Below are positions 45,760-58,662 of a stretch of DNA of 64,000 nt, in pieces. The notes beneath the pieces were generated by a model. It saw only the letters and a list, made by a program, of their open reading frames with translations, ran no database searches and had not been told where the DNA came from. Source of the DNA: Eledone cirrhosa (lineage: Eukaryota); NCBI GenBank assembly GCA_964016885.1, contig OZ024741.1:235662001-235726000 (forward strand), in the 5' to 3' direction. Both the position numbers and the translations under genes were made by a program. Each line of letters starts with the position of its first letter. Positions within the stretch are counted from its first letter, which is position 1.

Positions 45760-46025
45760 AAAACGCACCACAAAACAAACAAAGATAAGATGGAGTAGAA
45801 GTTTAATATCAGGAAAAAGAGAAGGCACAAAATAGATAATCATCAAGGAGGTCACAGAATGTGTGACGAAAAAACTTTGATAAACAAATGAATAATAAAC
45901 AATAAAAATAAAGTGAAAGTGAAAATTATATGTTGCGTATGTTTCTTTCTATTGGCAAAGAAATCATTATTATTAAATAAAGAAATCATTATAGGCAACA
46001 TGACCATCCCCAAATATAAGAATAT
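45760..46025 (+). mobile_element. Solo Naiad-like 3' end with degenerate hammerhead
   Basis: GGAGGTCACAGAATGTGTGACGAAA and terminal GGCAACATGACCATCCCCAAATATAA, homologous to 53130-53404. Confidence 0.65.
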
Positions 46026-46031
46026 ATATAT

Positions 46032-46371
46032 ATACGCTCGGGTCCCAAATAATAGGGGGCTTCGAATAAGCAGAGGGGGTAGAATCGGTATTTTTTCTTG
46101 ATTGTCTCCGTTGATTTAAAAAAACAAAACAGAATTAGTCATTTAGTTTACATATTGAGACCCCAACTCATCTTACGTATTTCACAACGAATGGAGTTCC
46201 AATTTAGTAATGTACTTTTTTGTCATGTATAATATTTTTTAATGTATAAAGAAAATTAAAATAAAATTTCGTCAGATAGATTATCAAAATTTAATAAGCG
46301 GTGGAGGTTGGAAAACATCTGAAATATTAATAAGCGGAGGTGGGGGCGATTATTCGAGACCCGAGAGTGTA
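46032..46371. mobile_element. MITE with imperfect TIRs, TA-flanked
   Basis: TACGCTCGGGTCCCAAATAAT versus the reverse complement of the right end TACACTCTCGGGTCTCGAATAAT; subterminal AATAAGC(A/G)G repeats. Confidence 0.65.
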
Positions 46372-46374
46372 TAT

Positions 46375-46409
<35 letters not shown>

Positions 46410-47280
46410 CATATACCTGTAAATCCATACATAGTAATATGTATGGATTCCTAAAACACTTAACGAGCAATTTGAAACAGGCTTACGTTTAACGTCTGGC
46501 CTAGCTCTTTTACTAGCTTTAAGCGCCTTCATTTCATTTCTAACCTGGGCCTATTGCCAACTGTTGATGTAACTTATATTTTTTTTACATCTGGCCTGGC
46601 TCTTTTACCAGTTTTACACGCGTCTATGCATATTCTGAAACGATAAAGGTAGCTTGTATACATTTTCTCAGTTCCCCAAAATAATTGTCAGAAATTAATC
46701 ATGTGAAAAAACATTTTGAACTGAAAGAATCTTATCAAATTTTATTTCCAATAATGTTTTCATGTTTTATACAGTTCAAGTTCCATTTATATGTTTCGTG
46801 AGTTTAGAAATGCAAGCGTACAGATTTCTCTAGCAAAATAACTCAAAGCGACTTTCATATGATTCTTGAAAAATTACTTGACTTTTTCCCTTATTTTCAA
46901 TAAAATTGTCATTTTTCTCAGCACATTCACTCTTATTTTTCAAGTGGGGGAGCTTGTTCAAAGTCTAATTTTCTAGCTGTTAGATGAGCAGTTTTAATTT
47001 CATCTTGATCGCATTGGTATCATTTACAAACTTAAGAAATAATTTGTTTTCCATATGTTCATCTTTTCCCTACCAAGTCTATCTTGTTATTACATTTTTA
47101 CTCCATTACTGGACTGCGACCATGCTAAGTCACTGTTTTCAAATATTTATTCGATCACATCGATTCCAATACTTATTGTTTTTAAGTCTACTGATTATTC
47201 CATTGATTTCTATGTGTCGAACAGCTACGTTACAGGACATAAACAAGCAGCAACGGTTAAGTAGTGAGGACACAGAGACA

Positions 47281-47332
<52 letters not shown>

Positions 47333-47338
<6 letters not shown>

Positions 47339-47430
47339 GTCCCCCAAAAATGTATACACACTTTCGTTACCTGTACAGGCAATATCTATTAGAATGCTGT
47401 TGAAGTGTGTATACATTTTTGGGACACCAT
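47333..47430. mobile_element. ~95-bp Tc1/mariner-type MITE in (TA)n
   Basis: TIRs GGTGTCCC(CC)AAAAATGTATACACACTT and AAGTGTGTATACATTTTTGGGACACC. Confidence 0.8.
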
Positions 47431-47437
47431 ATATATA

Positions 47438-47514
<77 letters not shown>

Positions 47515-47520
<6 letters not shown>

Positions 47521-48005
47521 AGTAAAATGACAGGAGGCTGGACTGGTGAAATTCCTTCAAAGATTTATTACAAACCCTATGCACATTTCAATACCAGGTT
47601 CCGTAGGATCCTGGTGGCATCATCAGGTGTTAATTGTATAAAAGTTATCTAATAAAGGAATATAATAATGGTAAAAACAATCCAAGAAACAGAAAAGTAG
47701 AGAGAAATGTTTAAATTGTCAGTCTGGATGACCGCCTTCAAGTCCTTACTTGAAGGCGGTCATCCAGACTGACAACAACTGGCTCTCACCGCCTTTCGGG
47801 TCTTAAACATTTCTCTCTACTTTTCAGCCTCTTGGATTGTCTCTACCATTATTATATTCCTTTTTTAGATAACTGTTATACAATTAACACCTGATGATGC
47901 CACCAGGATTCTACGGAACCTGGTCATTGAAATGTGCATAGGGTTTGTAATAAATCTTTGAAGGAATTTCATCAGTCCAGCCTCCTGTCATTTTACTCAA
48001 TAATA
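47515..48005. mobile_element. Fold-back insertion (~230-bp arms) with hammerheads
   Basis: Centre GACCGCCTTCAAGT-CCTT-ACTTGAAGGCGGTC (47730-47761); AACAC-CTGATGA-TGCCACCAGG...CCTGGTCATT-GAAA-TGTGCA-TA-GGGTT at 47886-47945 (+), mirror ~47575-47632 (-). Confidence 0.88.
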
Positions 48006-48305
48006 TATATATATATTATCTTTTTTCTGGGTTAGAAAATGTTTAAAACAAAATATTTTACTTTGTGTGAAGTGTTAAGGTATTAGTTAATTTATTTATT
48101 AATTAACAATAGCATTTATTTATTTATTTATTTATTTATTTATATATTTAATAATTGTCAATTACCGGTTTCAGCATTTTATGCATTATCAAAGGGGGGA
48201 ATTTGTATTGGTATAAAATGTAGGGTAGAAGATAAGGTGATGTTGAGCATGTTGAGGAAATGGGAAAGAAAGAATAATATTATTTACAAACAAGGTTTTT
48301 GAAGT

Positions 48306-48395
<90 letters not shown>

Positions 48396-50086
48396 GACGG
48401 TGTAGTTTTCGTCTACCAAGTTTTACTCACAAGGCATTTATCAACCCAAGCCTGTAGTAGACACTTGCCCACGGTACCACCTTAATGAGACCGAACCTGA
48501 AACAACATGGTTACGAAGCCATGCCTACGCTTATGCAAGTTAAGTTGTTTTTTTAAATCATTCAGATGTGAGAAACATTTCTTTGTCGCCTTTTGCACTT
48601 CAAATTATTAAGATGGCTATTACATCGGTTACATTTATTAAATAAAATACTCAGTTGTTATCACGTAAAAAGGCTCCATCTTCGGATAGCTCACATATAT
48701 ATTTTTTCTCTTCTAAAAAAATATGCAAAATATTTTTTCCAGTTTACAAATGTTACCCAGAATCCCTTCCCTCTGAAGCTAGGACATACAAGATTGCTAT
48801 ATTTCATCCTAACAATTCACAATATTTTCCGAGTCTTTGTCTTTTTAATACTCTTGCTCTATAATTTTATTCGCGCATTTTACAACCATTAGCATAATAT
48901 ACTGAAATAAGATACTTGTATCTGTGGAATACTCAGCCATTTACTTTATATTTCAATCAATAGGTAGTTTAGTTGATAAAATAACTGGAATACACATCAT
49001 TGAACCCAAGGAGATCCATTTACGTTATGCAAAATGAGTGTATGTGTGTCACGGATATGTATAACACTATATGAGATGGGAATGCAAACAACTAATTGGT
49101 TAAGAATTTCGCTTCACAATCATAAGGCCCTGAGTTCGATCCCATTTTTAGCCTCATTTTTAAAATCATCTTCATACGTTTTGCCAAATCTCTCCTTGTT
49201 TTCGTTTATTGTTTCTTACTTTCTTACATGTTTTCTCCCCTCCCACCATACCCACATCTCTCTCTAACATTTGATGAAGGGACGTAGACCGAAACATTAT
49301 GGACTGACTTTCTTCTACAACTAAACTGATATTCTCAATATTTACCATACTCTGTCTTCTTTTGGTGTTTTTACTCTCTTCGCTTTCTACACACACACGC
49401 GCGTACATACTCACACACACATATAAGTACACATGCATACACACATATGTGTGTATATTATTCATGTGAATAACTATATACATAAATACACGCGCGCACA
49501 CACACACGCACACACACACATACACATATATATATATATATACATACATATAAACTTAAGGTATCATAACATATGTGACTAGTACTTCACACCTCTTTCT
49601 AGAGGATACGATGTCCAGTCTTAATTGTATCTGCCGCCACAGTTATCTAGCCCTCGCATCCCAACTGATATAAAGGAGTGTTGTACTCTACTGGAACTTA
49701 TCCAAAGACGATTCCTCTGCTGATTAATTTCGTGTCTTCCGTAGCTTTACCAAAATCGATAGCTGGTAATCGACAGTCTATTACTTAAATCGATTTATGC
49801 TTCGGTTTACGAACTATGAAATGGTACCTCAGGAAAGTAAGAACTTCAACTTAAAATATGAACTTTTCCTTAAATATGTACTTTATATATATATATATGT
49901 ACAACATGCTGAGTGTTTCTCAAAGACATGACTCTTTCTCTCTCTCTCTCTCTATTTGAATTCTTGATGCTCTGGGCAAATATTCATTGAGCTTTTCTAC
50001 TGAGAAACATAATCATCATACATATTATATATGTTATAATACCTTAAATTAGTATATATACACACATATATATATATATATATATA

Positions 50087-50252
50087 GGAACAAGTAAGAC
50101 CCCGACGGCTAATTCTGTACAGAATTAGCCGTCGAAACGGCTTGAGCTCAGCCGTCGGGGTCTTACTTGTTCCTATTACCCACTCTACTACCCTAAGTAT
50201 TGAGTACTTTGGTGCGTTATGGTCCACCTGGTTCCTTATCACATTTCCTTCG

Positions 50253-50255
<3 letters not shown>
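50087..50255 (+). mobile_element. Short PLE-like 3' end with nested hairpins (family also at 27472-27626; related at 26180-26295 and 30190-30340)
   Basis: GAAA-CGGCTTGAGCTCAGCCG-TC-GGGGTC followed by the shared tail CCTATTACCCACTCTACTACCCTAAGTATTGAGTACT. Confidence 0.65.
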
Positions 50256-50304
<49 letters not shown>

Positions 50305-50519
50305 CTTTTTCTCTTTCACCCCCCCCCCCCCTCTCCTCTTCTGCCTTCTCTGCTTACTATCATCCTCCCCCTCATGGCCCCAGTTCACAATTGACATGTA
50401 ATGCAGTTGTAGTTGAGGTGGGAGGGAGAAGGGATTCTTAATGCCTTGTCACTTTAGAGAATGGGTTGCCATTCACTAAGGGTGGATAGGTAGGTAAGTT
50501 GGTAGGAAGGTGGATAGGC

Positions 50520-51870
50520 TGGTGTAGGTAGATAGATGGGTAGGTAGATGGATGGGTAGGTAGATGGATGGGTAGGTAGATGGATGGGTAGGTAGATAGA
50601 TGGGTAGGTAGATGGATGGGTAGGTAGATAGATGGGTAGGTAGATGATGGATGGGTTGGTAGATGGATGGGTAGGTAGATAGATGGGTAGGTAGATGGAT
50701 GGGTAGGTAGATAGATGGGTAGGTAGATGGATGGGTAGGTAGATAGACGGGTAGGTAGATAGATGGGTAGGTAGATGGATGGGTAGGTAGATAGATGGGT
50801 AGGTAGATGATGGATGGGTAGGTAGATGGATGGGTAGGTAGATAGATGGGTAGGTAGATAGATGGGTAGGTAGATAGATGGGTAGGTAGATGATGGATGG
50901 GTAGGTAGATGGATGGGTAGGTAGATGGATGGGTAGGTAGATGGATGGGTAGGTAGATAGATGGGTAGGTAGATAGATGGGTAGGTAGATGGATGGGTAG
51001 GTAGATAGATGGGTAGGTAGATGATGGATGGGTTGGTAGATGGATGGGTAGGTAGATAGATGGGTAGGTAGATGGATGGGTAGGTAGATAGATGGGTAGG
51101 TAGATGGATGGGTAGGTAGATAGACGGGTAGGTAGATAGATGGGTAGGTAGATGGATGGGTAGGTAGATAGATGGGTAGGTAGATGATGGATGGGTAGGT
51201 AGATGGATGGGTAGGTAGATAGATGGGTAGGTAGATAGATGGGTAGGTAGATAGATGGGTAGGTAGATGATGGATGGGTAGGTAGATGGATGGGTAGGTA
51301 GATGGATGGGTAGGTAGATGGATGGGTAGGTAGATGGATGGGTAGGTAGATGATGGATGGGTAGGTAGATGGATGGGTAGGTAGATAGATGGGTAGGTAG
51401 ATAGATGGGTAGGTAGATGATGGATGGGTAGGTAGATGGATGGGTAGGTAGATAGATGGGTAGGTAGATGGATGGGTAGGTAGATAGATGGGTAGGTAGA
51501 TGGATGGGTAGGTAGATGGATGGGTAGGTAGATGGATGGGTAGGTAGATGGATGGGTAGGTAGATAGATGGGTAGGTAGATGGATGGGTAGGTAGATGAT
51601 GGATGGGTAGGTAGATGGATGGGTAGGTAGATGGATGGGTAGGTAGATGGATGGGTAGGTAGATGGATGGGTAGGTAGATGGATGGGTAGGTAGATAGAT
51701 GGGTAGGTAGATGGATGGGTAGGTAGATGGATGGGTAGGTAGATGGATGGGTAGGTAGATGGATGGGTAGGTAGATAGATGGGTAGGTAGATGGATGGGT
51801 AGGTAGATAGATGGGTAGGTAGATAGATGGGTAGGTAGATAGATGGGTAGGTAGATGGATGGGTAGGTCG
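50520..51870. repeat. 16-bp G-rich minisatellite (GATGGGTAGGTAGAT[G/A])n, ~80 copies
   Basis: Direct reading, with occasional +3 (GAT) variants; source of the 500-aa LPTHPSTYPSIY ORF. Confidence 0.95.
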
Positions 51871-52078
51871 GTATCTACATAGGTAGGAAGGTAGGTAAGT
51901 AGGCTGGTTAGTTGGAAGTAGCTGAAGATATATATAATTGTACCTTATATACATATATATATATATATATATGACCATCCCCTATATATATATAAACTCA
52001 TATGATACAATGATATATTACATATCAAATGCAATGCATATATACTCTTTCATACACACTCTGATATCGGTATAAATA

Positions 52079-52270
52079 TAATTGTTTCTACTTTAGGCAC
52101 AAGGCCAGCAATTATCCAGTGCATTACTGGTACTTTATTTTATCGACCCCGTAAGGATGAAAGGCAAAGTCAACCTCGGCGGGATTTGAACTCAGATCGT
52201 AAAGGGACGTAACTATGCTGGAAAGCATGGCGTCCGACCCTCCACCGATACTGCCAATCCACCGCCCTCG
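52079..52270 (-). mobile_element. SINE (family of 35410-35603)
   Basis: GGGCGGTGGATTGGCAG...GAGTTCAAATCCCGCCGAGGTTGACTTTGCCTTTCATCCTTACGGGGTCGATAAAAT. Confidence 0.82.
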
Positions 52271-52459
52271 GTGTAATATCGGTATAAATATAATGTATGT
52301 ATATATGTTGCAGACATATATATATATATATATGTATGTGTTTGAATACTCGTACAAACACACATACATGAATATTACATAAACATTTTTAAATGAATAG
52401 AAATATATTCGTATGTATATAAACATGTTGTGATTATATATATATATATATTGTTATAT

Positions 52460-53465
52460 ATTGTTATACTTTGGGAGGGTCATGTTGCCAATAAGAAACA
52501 CACGCACCAGTTGCTTTCACTTCAATTTATTATAATAAATTTATAATAAATTTATAAATTTATAAATTTCTGGTTGGTTGGTTGGTTCCACAACCAGATA
52601 GTTGTTTATATATAGTCATGTATAGATAAGAAATGTATAACCTGTAAAATAAGCCCCCCATGTTAACTGTAAAACTAGAAATGTAGTGTATAGCATAAGA
52701 TGTACTGAAGGACAATGTAGAAACAAAAATATAGTGTACATAGGTGAGACAGCTCGTAGTGTAGGGGAACGGATAAATGAACACTGGCGAGACCTTCAAG
52801 ATAATAAAGAATCATCTGTACTCTACCAACATGCTAAAATAGAACACAAGAGTAAATTAGAGAACATAGAAATAAAAATAGAATCTACACACAGAAAAGA
52901 CGCAATGTTTAGACAAATTACAGAGGCAATAAACACAAAAGAATTACAACCAAAATTAAATAGAAAATATGAGTGGAACAGCAACATCACAACTTACAAT
53001 TAAGGACAAAATGAAAACACACACACACATAGAACAAACAACCAACCAGTAACATGTAAATAAACAAATAAATAAATGAACATAAACACACACAGACACC
53101 CGGATGTGGCGCATGCGCAGACTGAGCACACAACACACACACAGAAACAAAATGGCGTAGGACAGAACAAAGGAGAGGCACAGAAACAAAGAAAGGAATC
53201 CCCAGTCACTGAAGAGGTCACAGAGTGTGTGACGAAAGAACTATGACTATATATAAACAACTATCTGGTTGTGGAACCAACCAACCAACCAGAAATTTAT
53301 AAATTTATAAATTTATTATAAATTTATTATAATTAATTGAAGTGAAAGCAACTGGTGCGTGTGTTTCTTATTGGCAACATGACCCTCCCAAAGTATAACA
53401 ATATCGGTTTCAACACACGATTTCAGATAAAGAATCTTGCTAAACAAATTCAGAAGCGAAATATA
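52460..53465 (+). mobile_element. 5'-truncated Naiad-like PLE: GIY-YIG domain, hammerhead, inverted terminal copy
   Basis: KCITCK..NCKTRNVVYSIRC..YIGETARS..HW..LYQH..RQITEA..LNRKYEW (52620-53003); 52460-52619 is the inverse of 53243-53404. Confidence 0.92.
53204..53248 (+). ncRNA. Minimal type I hammerhead ribozyme in PLE 3' UTR
   Basis: AGTCA-CTGAAGA-G-GTCAC AGAGTGT GTGAC-GAAA-GAAC-TA-TGACT. Confidence 0.85.
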
Positions 53466-53517
53466 TATATATATATAGTTTTGCGAGGTTTTTGATATGA
53501 AATCGTGTCGAAACAAA

Positions 53518-55995
53518 TATTGTTATACTTGGGGAAGGTCATATTTGTGTAATAATATTTCCAGAATTTATAACAGAACACACTCACTGTTTGGTTGGTT
53601 TTCGCTTCTGTGTCTTTTATATCGGTTAATTTAATTTATTCGGTCCTCAATGTTGCCATTGACTGACCAACGGTCAAAATTACAGATACAATATAACTAC
53701 AGGATCTCCTACTTCCTCTCAATGGTTATACGCCCCATAATCAAGATGTCCCCAGATGTATGTGACAGTACAGAGGACCTCCTCAGCAGAATCAGTGAGT
53801 GCAACAAAAACAGGAACCTATCCAACTGCATAATGGGCAGCATGGATGTGGTATCACTGTACCCATCCATTAACATTGAATTTGCTGTGGAAAAATGTGT
53901 GGAGATGATCATTGAGAGTGAGGTGGAGTTCTGCGACGTTGAACTGGGCCTCCTACTTAGACTTACCTACGACACTGACTACCTAGACAGCCATGACCTT
54001 AGACGTTTCTGCCCCAGTAGACCCATAAGAGGTAGACCCCCACCATAACCTCAATGGCAAAAAAGACTCCCATGGGAAGGTGGATTGGGTGGACCAAAGC
54101 TATACGGACCCCCCAAAACAATGATCAGGTAAGAAAAATGGTCGCACATGCAATAGGGGCTAGTATCAAAACTACCCTAAAGGGCCACATATTGAAGTTC
54201 AATGAGAAGATCTACACCCAAAATGAGGGAGCAGCCATTGGCGTCAGCATAGCTGGTGACGTTGCCAACCTTTTTATGGTATGGTGGGAAAGGAGACTCA
54301 AAGATCTCCTTGATGAGAGCTCCATAGACCTCATCATGTACTCTCGTTACGTAGACGACATCAATATAGTAATAAGGACTCCCCACAAGCAAGCACTAAC
54401 AAGTTTGATTTAGAACGTAGCACAATGGAAAGCATCCAGCAGATAGCTAATTCCATACACCAGAGTATAACTGTAACTATCGACTACCTTTCCAAACACC
54501 CTAACAATAGACTACCTGTATTAGACACGGAACTCTGGATTAACGCTATAGACGAGAGAGCCCAAATTCTCCACTCACACTATGCTAAATCCATGGCCTC
54601 CAAATACCTGATACTCAAAAACTCAGCAATGTACAGTAGTGCTAAGTTTAATATTCTGATCGCAGACTTGGTACGAGTGATGAAGAACGTGTCCCGCATG
54701 TGCGACCCAACAGAAATGGAAAGACACATCCAACACTTCATCAACCGCATGCAGTTCTCTGGCTACAACCAAAGAGACAGAATCAGAGTATACGAAGGAG
54801 CCACGGAGAAGTATAAGACCCTCATAGAACTGGACATGAAAGGAATTTGCCCATTATACAGGAGCAAATCATGGAATAGCTTAGATAGGACTAGACATAA
54901 GATAGGGAAAGCCACCTCATAGTACGACAACCAGAGATGCCAGAGTGTCATGTTTGTGGACGCTACCCCTGGAGGGAAATTAGCTAACCAGTGTAGAAAG
55001 GCCCTGAGAAAGACCCACTTAAAGATTAAGGTGGTAGAAAAGCCAGGAACCACCATAAAATCCTTGATCAGCAAAACATACCCTTTTAAGAAAACCCACT
55101 GTACTAATAGGAAATGTATCATATGTAGAGTAATAAACTGTAAAACTAGAAACGTAGTCTATAGCATAAGATGTACAGAGGGTACTTGCAGAAAAATGAC
55201 CACAACATACATAGGCGAGACAGCTCGTAGCATAGGTGACAGGATAGACCAACACTGGGGGGAACTAAAAGGACGAAAAACGGTTCAGTACTATACGAAC
55301 ATGCCAGACAACAACACAACGGTAACATAGACAATAAAGAAGTTAGAATAATATCTAAACATAGAAATGACCCAGCAGATAGGCAAATCAGAGAGGCCAG
55401 CGAAATAGAACTTAGAAGGCCAAGGCTAAACAGAAAAAATGAATGGAATAACAACAACACCCAAACAAACAACACTAATCTAAGAGAAGTATAAATAAAT
55501 AAATAAATAAATAAATAAATACACAAGCACAATAACAACAAACACATATAAACACACACTATTAGACTAAGATAGAATACATTAACCAATACACAGTCAC
55601 CCAAACAAGAACACACATCAAACAAAACACTATACACACACGCAAACGCATGCGCAGAGAAGACAAAAAAAATAAACAAATAAATAAATAAATAAACAGA
55701 CTAAATAAAGATGGCGTGAGCATACAATGCAACGGGAGGAAACTTAATAGTAACACTGACGATGTTGCAGATGTACAACGAAAGAACTTTGATAGACTAT
55801 ATATATGTGTTTGTATCTATATTGTATCTGTATTTTTGACCGTTGGTCAGTCAATGGCAACATTGAGGCCCGAATAAATTAAATTAACCGATATAAAAGA
55901 CTCAGAAGCGAAAACCAACCAAACAGTGAGTGTGTTCTGTTATTAATTCTGGCAATATTATTACACAAATATGACCCTCCCCAAGTATAACAATA
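53518..55995 (+). mobile_element. Naiad-like PLE (RT plus GIY-YIG, disrupted) with ~180-bp inverted termini
   Basis: GSMDVVSLYPSI, GAAIGVSIAGDVANLFM, YSRYVDD, LPVLD, HYAKSMAS, RMQFSGY, CTNRKCIIC, VVYSIRC..YIGETARS; 53518-53695 is the inverse of 55818-55995; hammerhead-like CTGACGA-T-GTTG...CAAC-GAAA at ~55766-55793. Confidence 0.93.
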
Positions 55996-56261
55996 TATAT
56001 ATATATATATATATTTAAAAGAATAGAGGTGTAACACACGAGTTATGATATATTGGTAAACGGAAAAGAAAATGCTGACAAATTGTTCCCAGTGAAAAAT
56101 AGTTTCATTAGGAATAAGTAAAAATTAGTAATAGTATTGGTTAGTATTCAGTTTTGGTTTACTAATTTTTACTTATTCCTAATTAAACTATTTTTCACTG
56201 GGAACAATTTGTCAGCATTTTCTTTTCCGTTTACCAATATATATATATATATATATTGTAT

Positions 56262-56430
56262 ATTAAGAAAAAGCGATGACGTTTCATTTACATGTTTTTA
56301 TTGAGTATCGACCTGTTAAGTACGTTCAGGTCCATAGATTTCATAGGGGACCTTGAGCTAATCATCTGTGAAACGTACGTAACAAGTTGACAATCAAAGT
56401 AAACGAAACTTCATCGCTTTTTCTTATACA
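56262..56430. repeat. Fold-back with 3' half of a hammerhead
   Basis: TAAGAAAAAGCGATGA and TCATCGCTTTTTCTTA arms; GAAA-CGTACG-TA at ~56370. Confidence 0.6.
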
Positions 56431-56686
56431 CTCTGCCTGTACATCGCGTGCTCATATTGGTACCACCATTAGGCGACGCACATCTATCAATTTCTTCCCT
56501 TCGACAAGCACTCACAACCACACTCATGACACGACTGTACCCTCCACTTTTCCCCTCCCCCTCTGACCGGACCTTTTTGCCTTCCTCACCCTACATACCT
56601 TTCTCATCCCAACCCCCATTTCCTAACTTTTTTCCCAACCTCCACACACTACTCATACATCTACCTGTTCTCTCCGTACCCGAACT

Positions 56687-56720
56687 TTCCTGATGAAGGA
56701 CTTCTGTCCGAAACGTTGAA
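56687..56720 (+). ncRNA. Minimal hammerhead (family A)
   Basis: TTC-CTGATGA-A-GGAC TTCT GTCC-GAAA-CG-TT-GAA. Confidence 0.8.
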
Positions 56721-56918
56721 CCCTCTTCCATTTCCTCCAAGTTATGCGCAGTTATATTAGGTTCACACCTAATATAACTGCGTATTTTTGCATTCCTGTA
56801 TTTTTTTTTGTTTTGTTTTATTTATTAACTATATATATTTCTATTAATTAATCATTTTCAACGTCACCAGTGTATGTGAAGTCTTCAACAACCTCCACAT
56901 ACACTTACACACACGCGT

Positions 56919-56974
<56 letters not shown>

Positions 56975-57039
56975 GTTATTCCGGGTTGAATCGGAGGTAA
57001 CCACAGTAAGTAAGGTACTCAATACATAGCAGAGTATAA

Positions 57040-57169
57040 AAGTTTTAATATAGATGAGATTCTACAGGACTAGAACTGTTTCATTCATTAGAAATCATCA
57101 GGAATCAGATTCCTGATGATTTCTAATGAATGAAACAGTTCTAGTCCTGTAGAATCTCATCTATATTAA

Positions 57170-57175
<6 letters not shown>
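57040..57175. mobile_element. Fold-back centred immediately 5' of a hammerhead core
   Basis: Centre CAGGAATC-A-GATTCCTG; CTGATGA-TTTCTAATGAAT-GAAA-CAGTTCTAG-TC in both arms; partial copy at ~31880. Confidence 0.8.
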
Positions 57176-57210
<35 letters not shown>

Positions 57211-57334
57211 ATCAAAAGATGGTTAAATGAGTTCCATGTATTTTATTATGCGCATTTCAAAAACAATAAATATATATATATAGACACTCTATATATACAT
57301 AGACACTCTATATATATACATAGACACTCTATGA

Positions 57335-57570
57335 CTAACAGGAATCTTTCAAAGACAACGACTCTCGCCAATAAAATCTGGCAAGTTAAAGATGCAAACA
57401 TGGAATATAAAATCAGTTGGACAAAGCTATTAAATTGGTATATCCCACTGCGGTCTCTGTAATATGGAACTTTTCTAAATTTTAAATTACAACAAAATTC
57501 TTCTTAACAGTAAAATTGAAAAAAACATTTTTTGTCGACATAAATTGGCGACTAAATTTGAGAACTTTAG
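57335..57570 (+). mobile_element. Decayed C-terminus of a PLE GIY-YIG ORF from another clade
   Basis: TTLANKIWQVKD..YKISW, CGLC..E, LLNSKIE and CRHK motifs across frames. Confidence 0.55.
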
Positions 57571-58500
57571 ACCAGCTTAATTCCATCTTATCTATTCCAT
57601 AACCCAGATTGTACCACTTGGATCTATTATGATATCACATTATCAACATCATCATCATTATAATTATAATTATAATTATAATTATCGTCATCTATCAAAG
57701 AACAACATCAAAACCTCTTATATTTACATTCTTATTTTATATATTTCTATTTTTCACTCTTTATCTTTATATTTCTCTCCCTAAATTTATTTCATCGCTG
57801 TCATTTTATTTTATCATATAATATAACTTAAAACTAATTAATTAATTTATTTATTAAAATAACCAATACACACATAAATATATTTAACATTATCATATTT
57901 TCACCTCATTATCTCTCCATATTTCAACAATTCAGCAATTTTTTATATATATATTTTTTATATATTTTTCATATATTTTTTATATATCTATTGTTATTTT
58001 TATTTACATTTATTCATGTATTAACATTTATTCATCTATTTGTCCCTCTATTCTTCTTTCTATCCTACGTTATTTTTACTCATGTCCTCTATCTACCATC
58101 ATCTTCTATATATCTTCCTCTCTTATATTTCTATCTATAATAATTTCTCCTTTTCTTCTTCTTTCTCTTTTTCGTTTTCTTTTTCCTTCTTCTTCTTTCT
58201 CCTTCCTTTCTTTTCTTTCTTTACTGTATCTATCTCCCTTTCTTCCTCCTTTTCTCTCTATATCTTTGTTATTAATATTATTATTGATGATGTAATTTGA
58301 ATTTGTAAATTTGCCGGTTACATATATATATATATTTTAACAGTTTCCGATGATCTAATACAGTTAACATCGTATTTAAAATTGAGTGGCACTGCTTTTA
58401 GTGTTCAGCAATTTTTAGACAACTCTATCAGTGAAACAATTGTTAGACTGCAAATAAATCCCCTTTTTTGTACTGCTGACCATGTTATTCTCCAGTTTTT

Positions 58501-58599
<99 letters not shown>

Positions 58600-58615
58600 C
58601 TTCCTCCTTTTCTAT

Positions 58616-58659
<44 letters not shown>

Positions 58660-58662
<3 letters not shown>

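Noticed and set aside
46440-47270. Possible DNA transposase remnant (also 48560-48900)
   Set aside because: Looks like decayed coding sequence, but I could not identify diagnostic motifs or termini.
50476-51978. 500-aa proline-rich protein (LPTHPSTYPSIY repeats)
   Set aside because: Read-through of a 16-bp minisatellite whose unit is not a multiple of three; no non-repetitive domain.
54425-55330. Selenocysteine recoding, as reported for some Naiad PLEs
   Set aside because: The interrupting stop at 54920-54922 is TAG at a Trp position (W in the 34-kb copy), and I saw no in-frame TGA at the zinc-finger cysteines in the three local copies.
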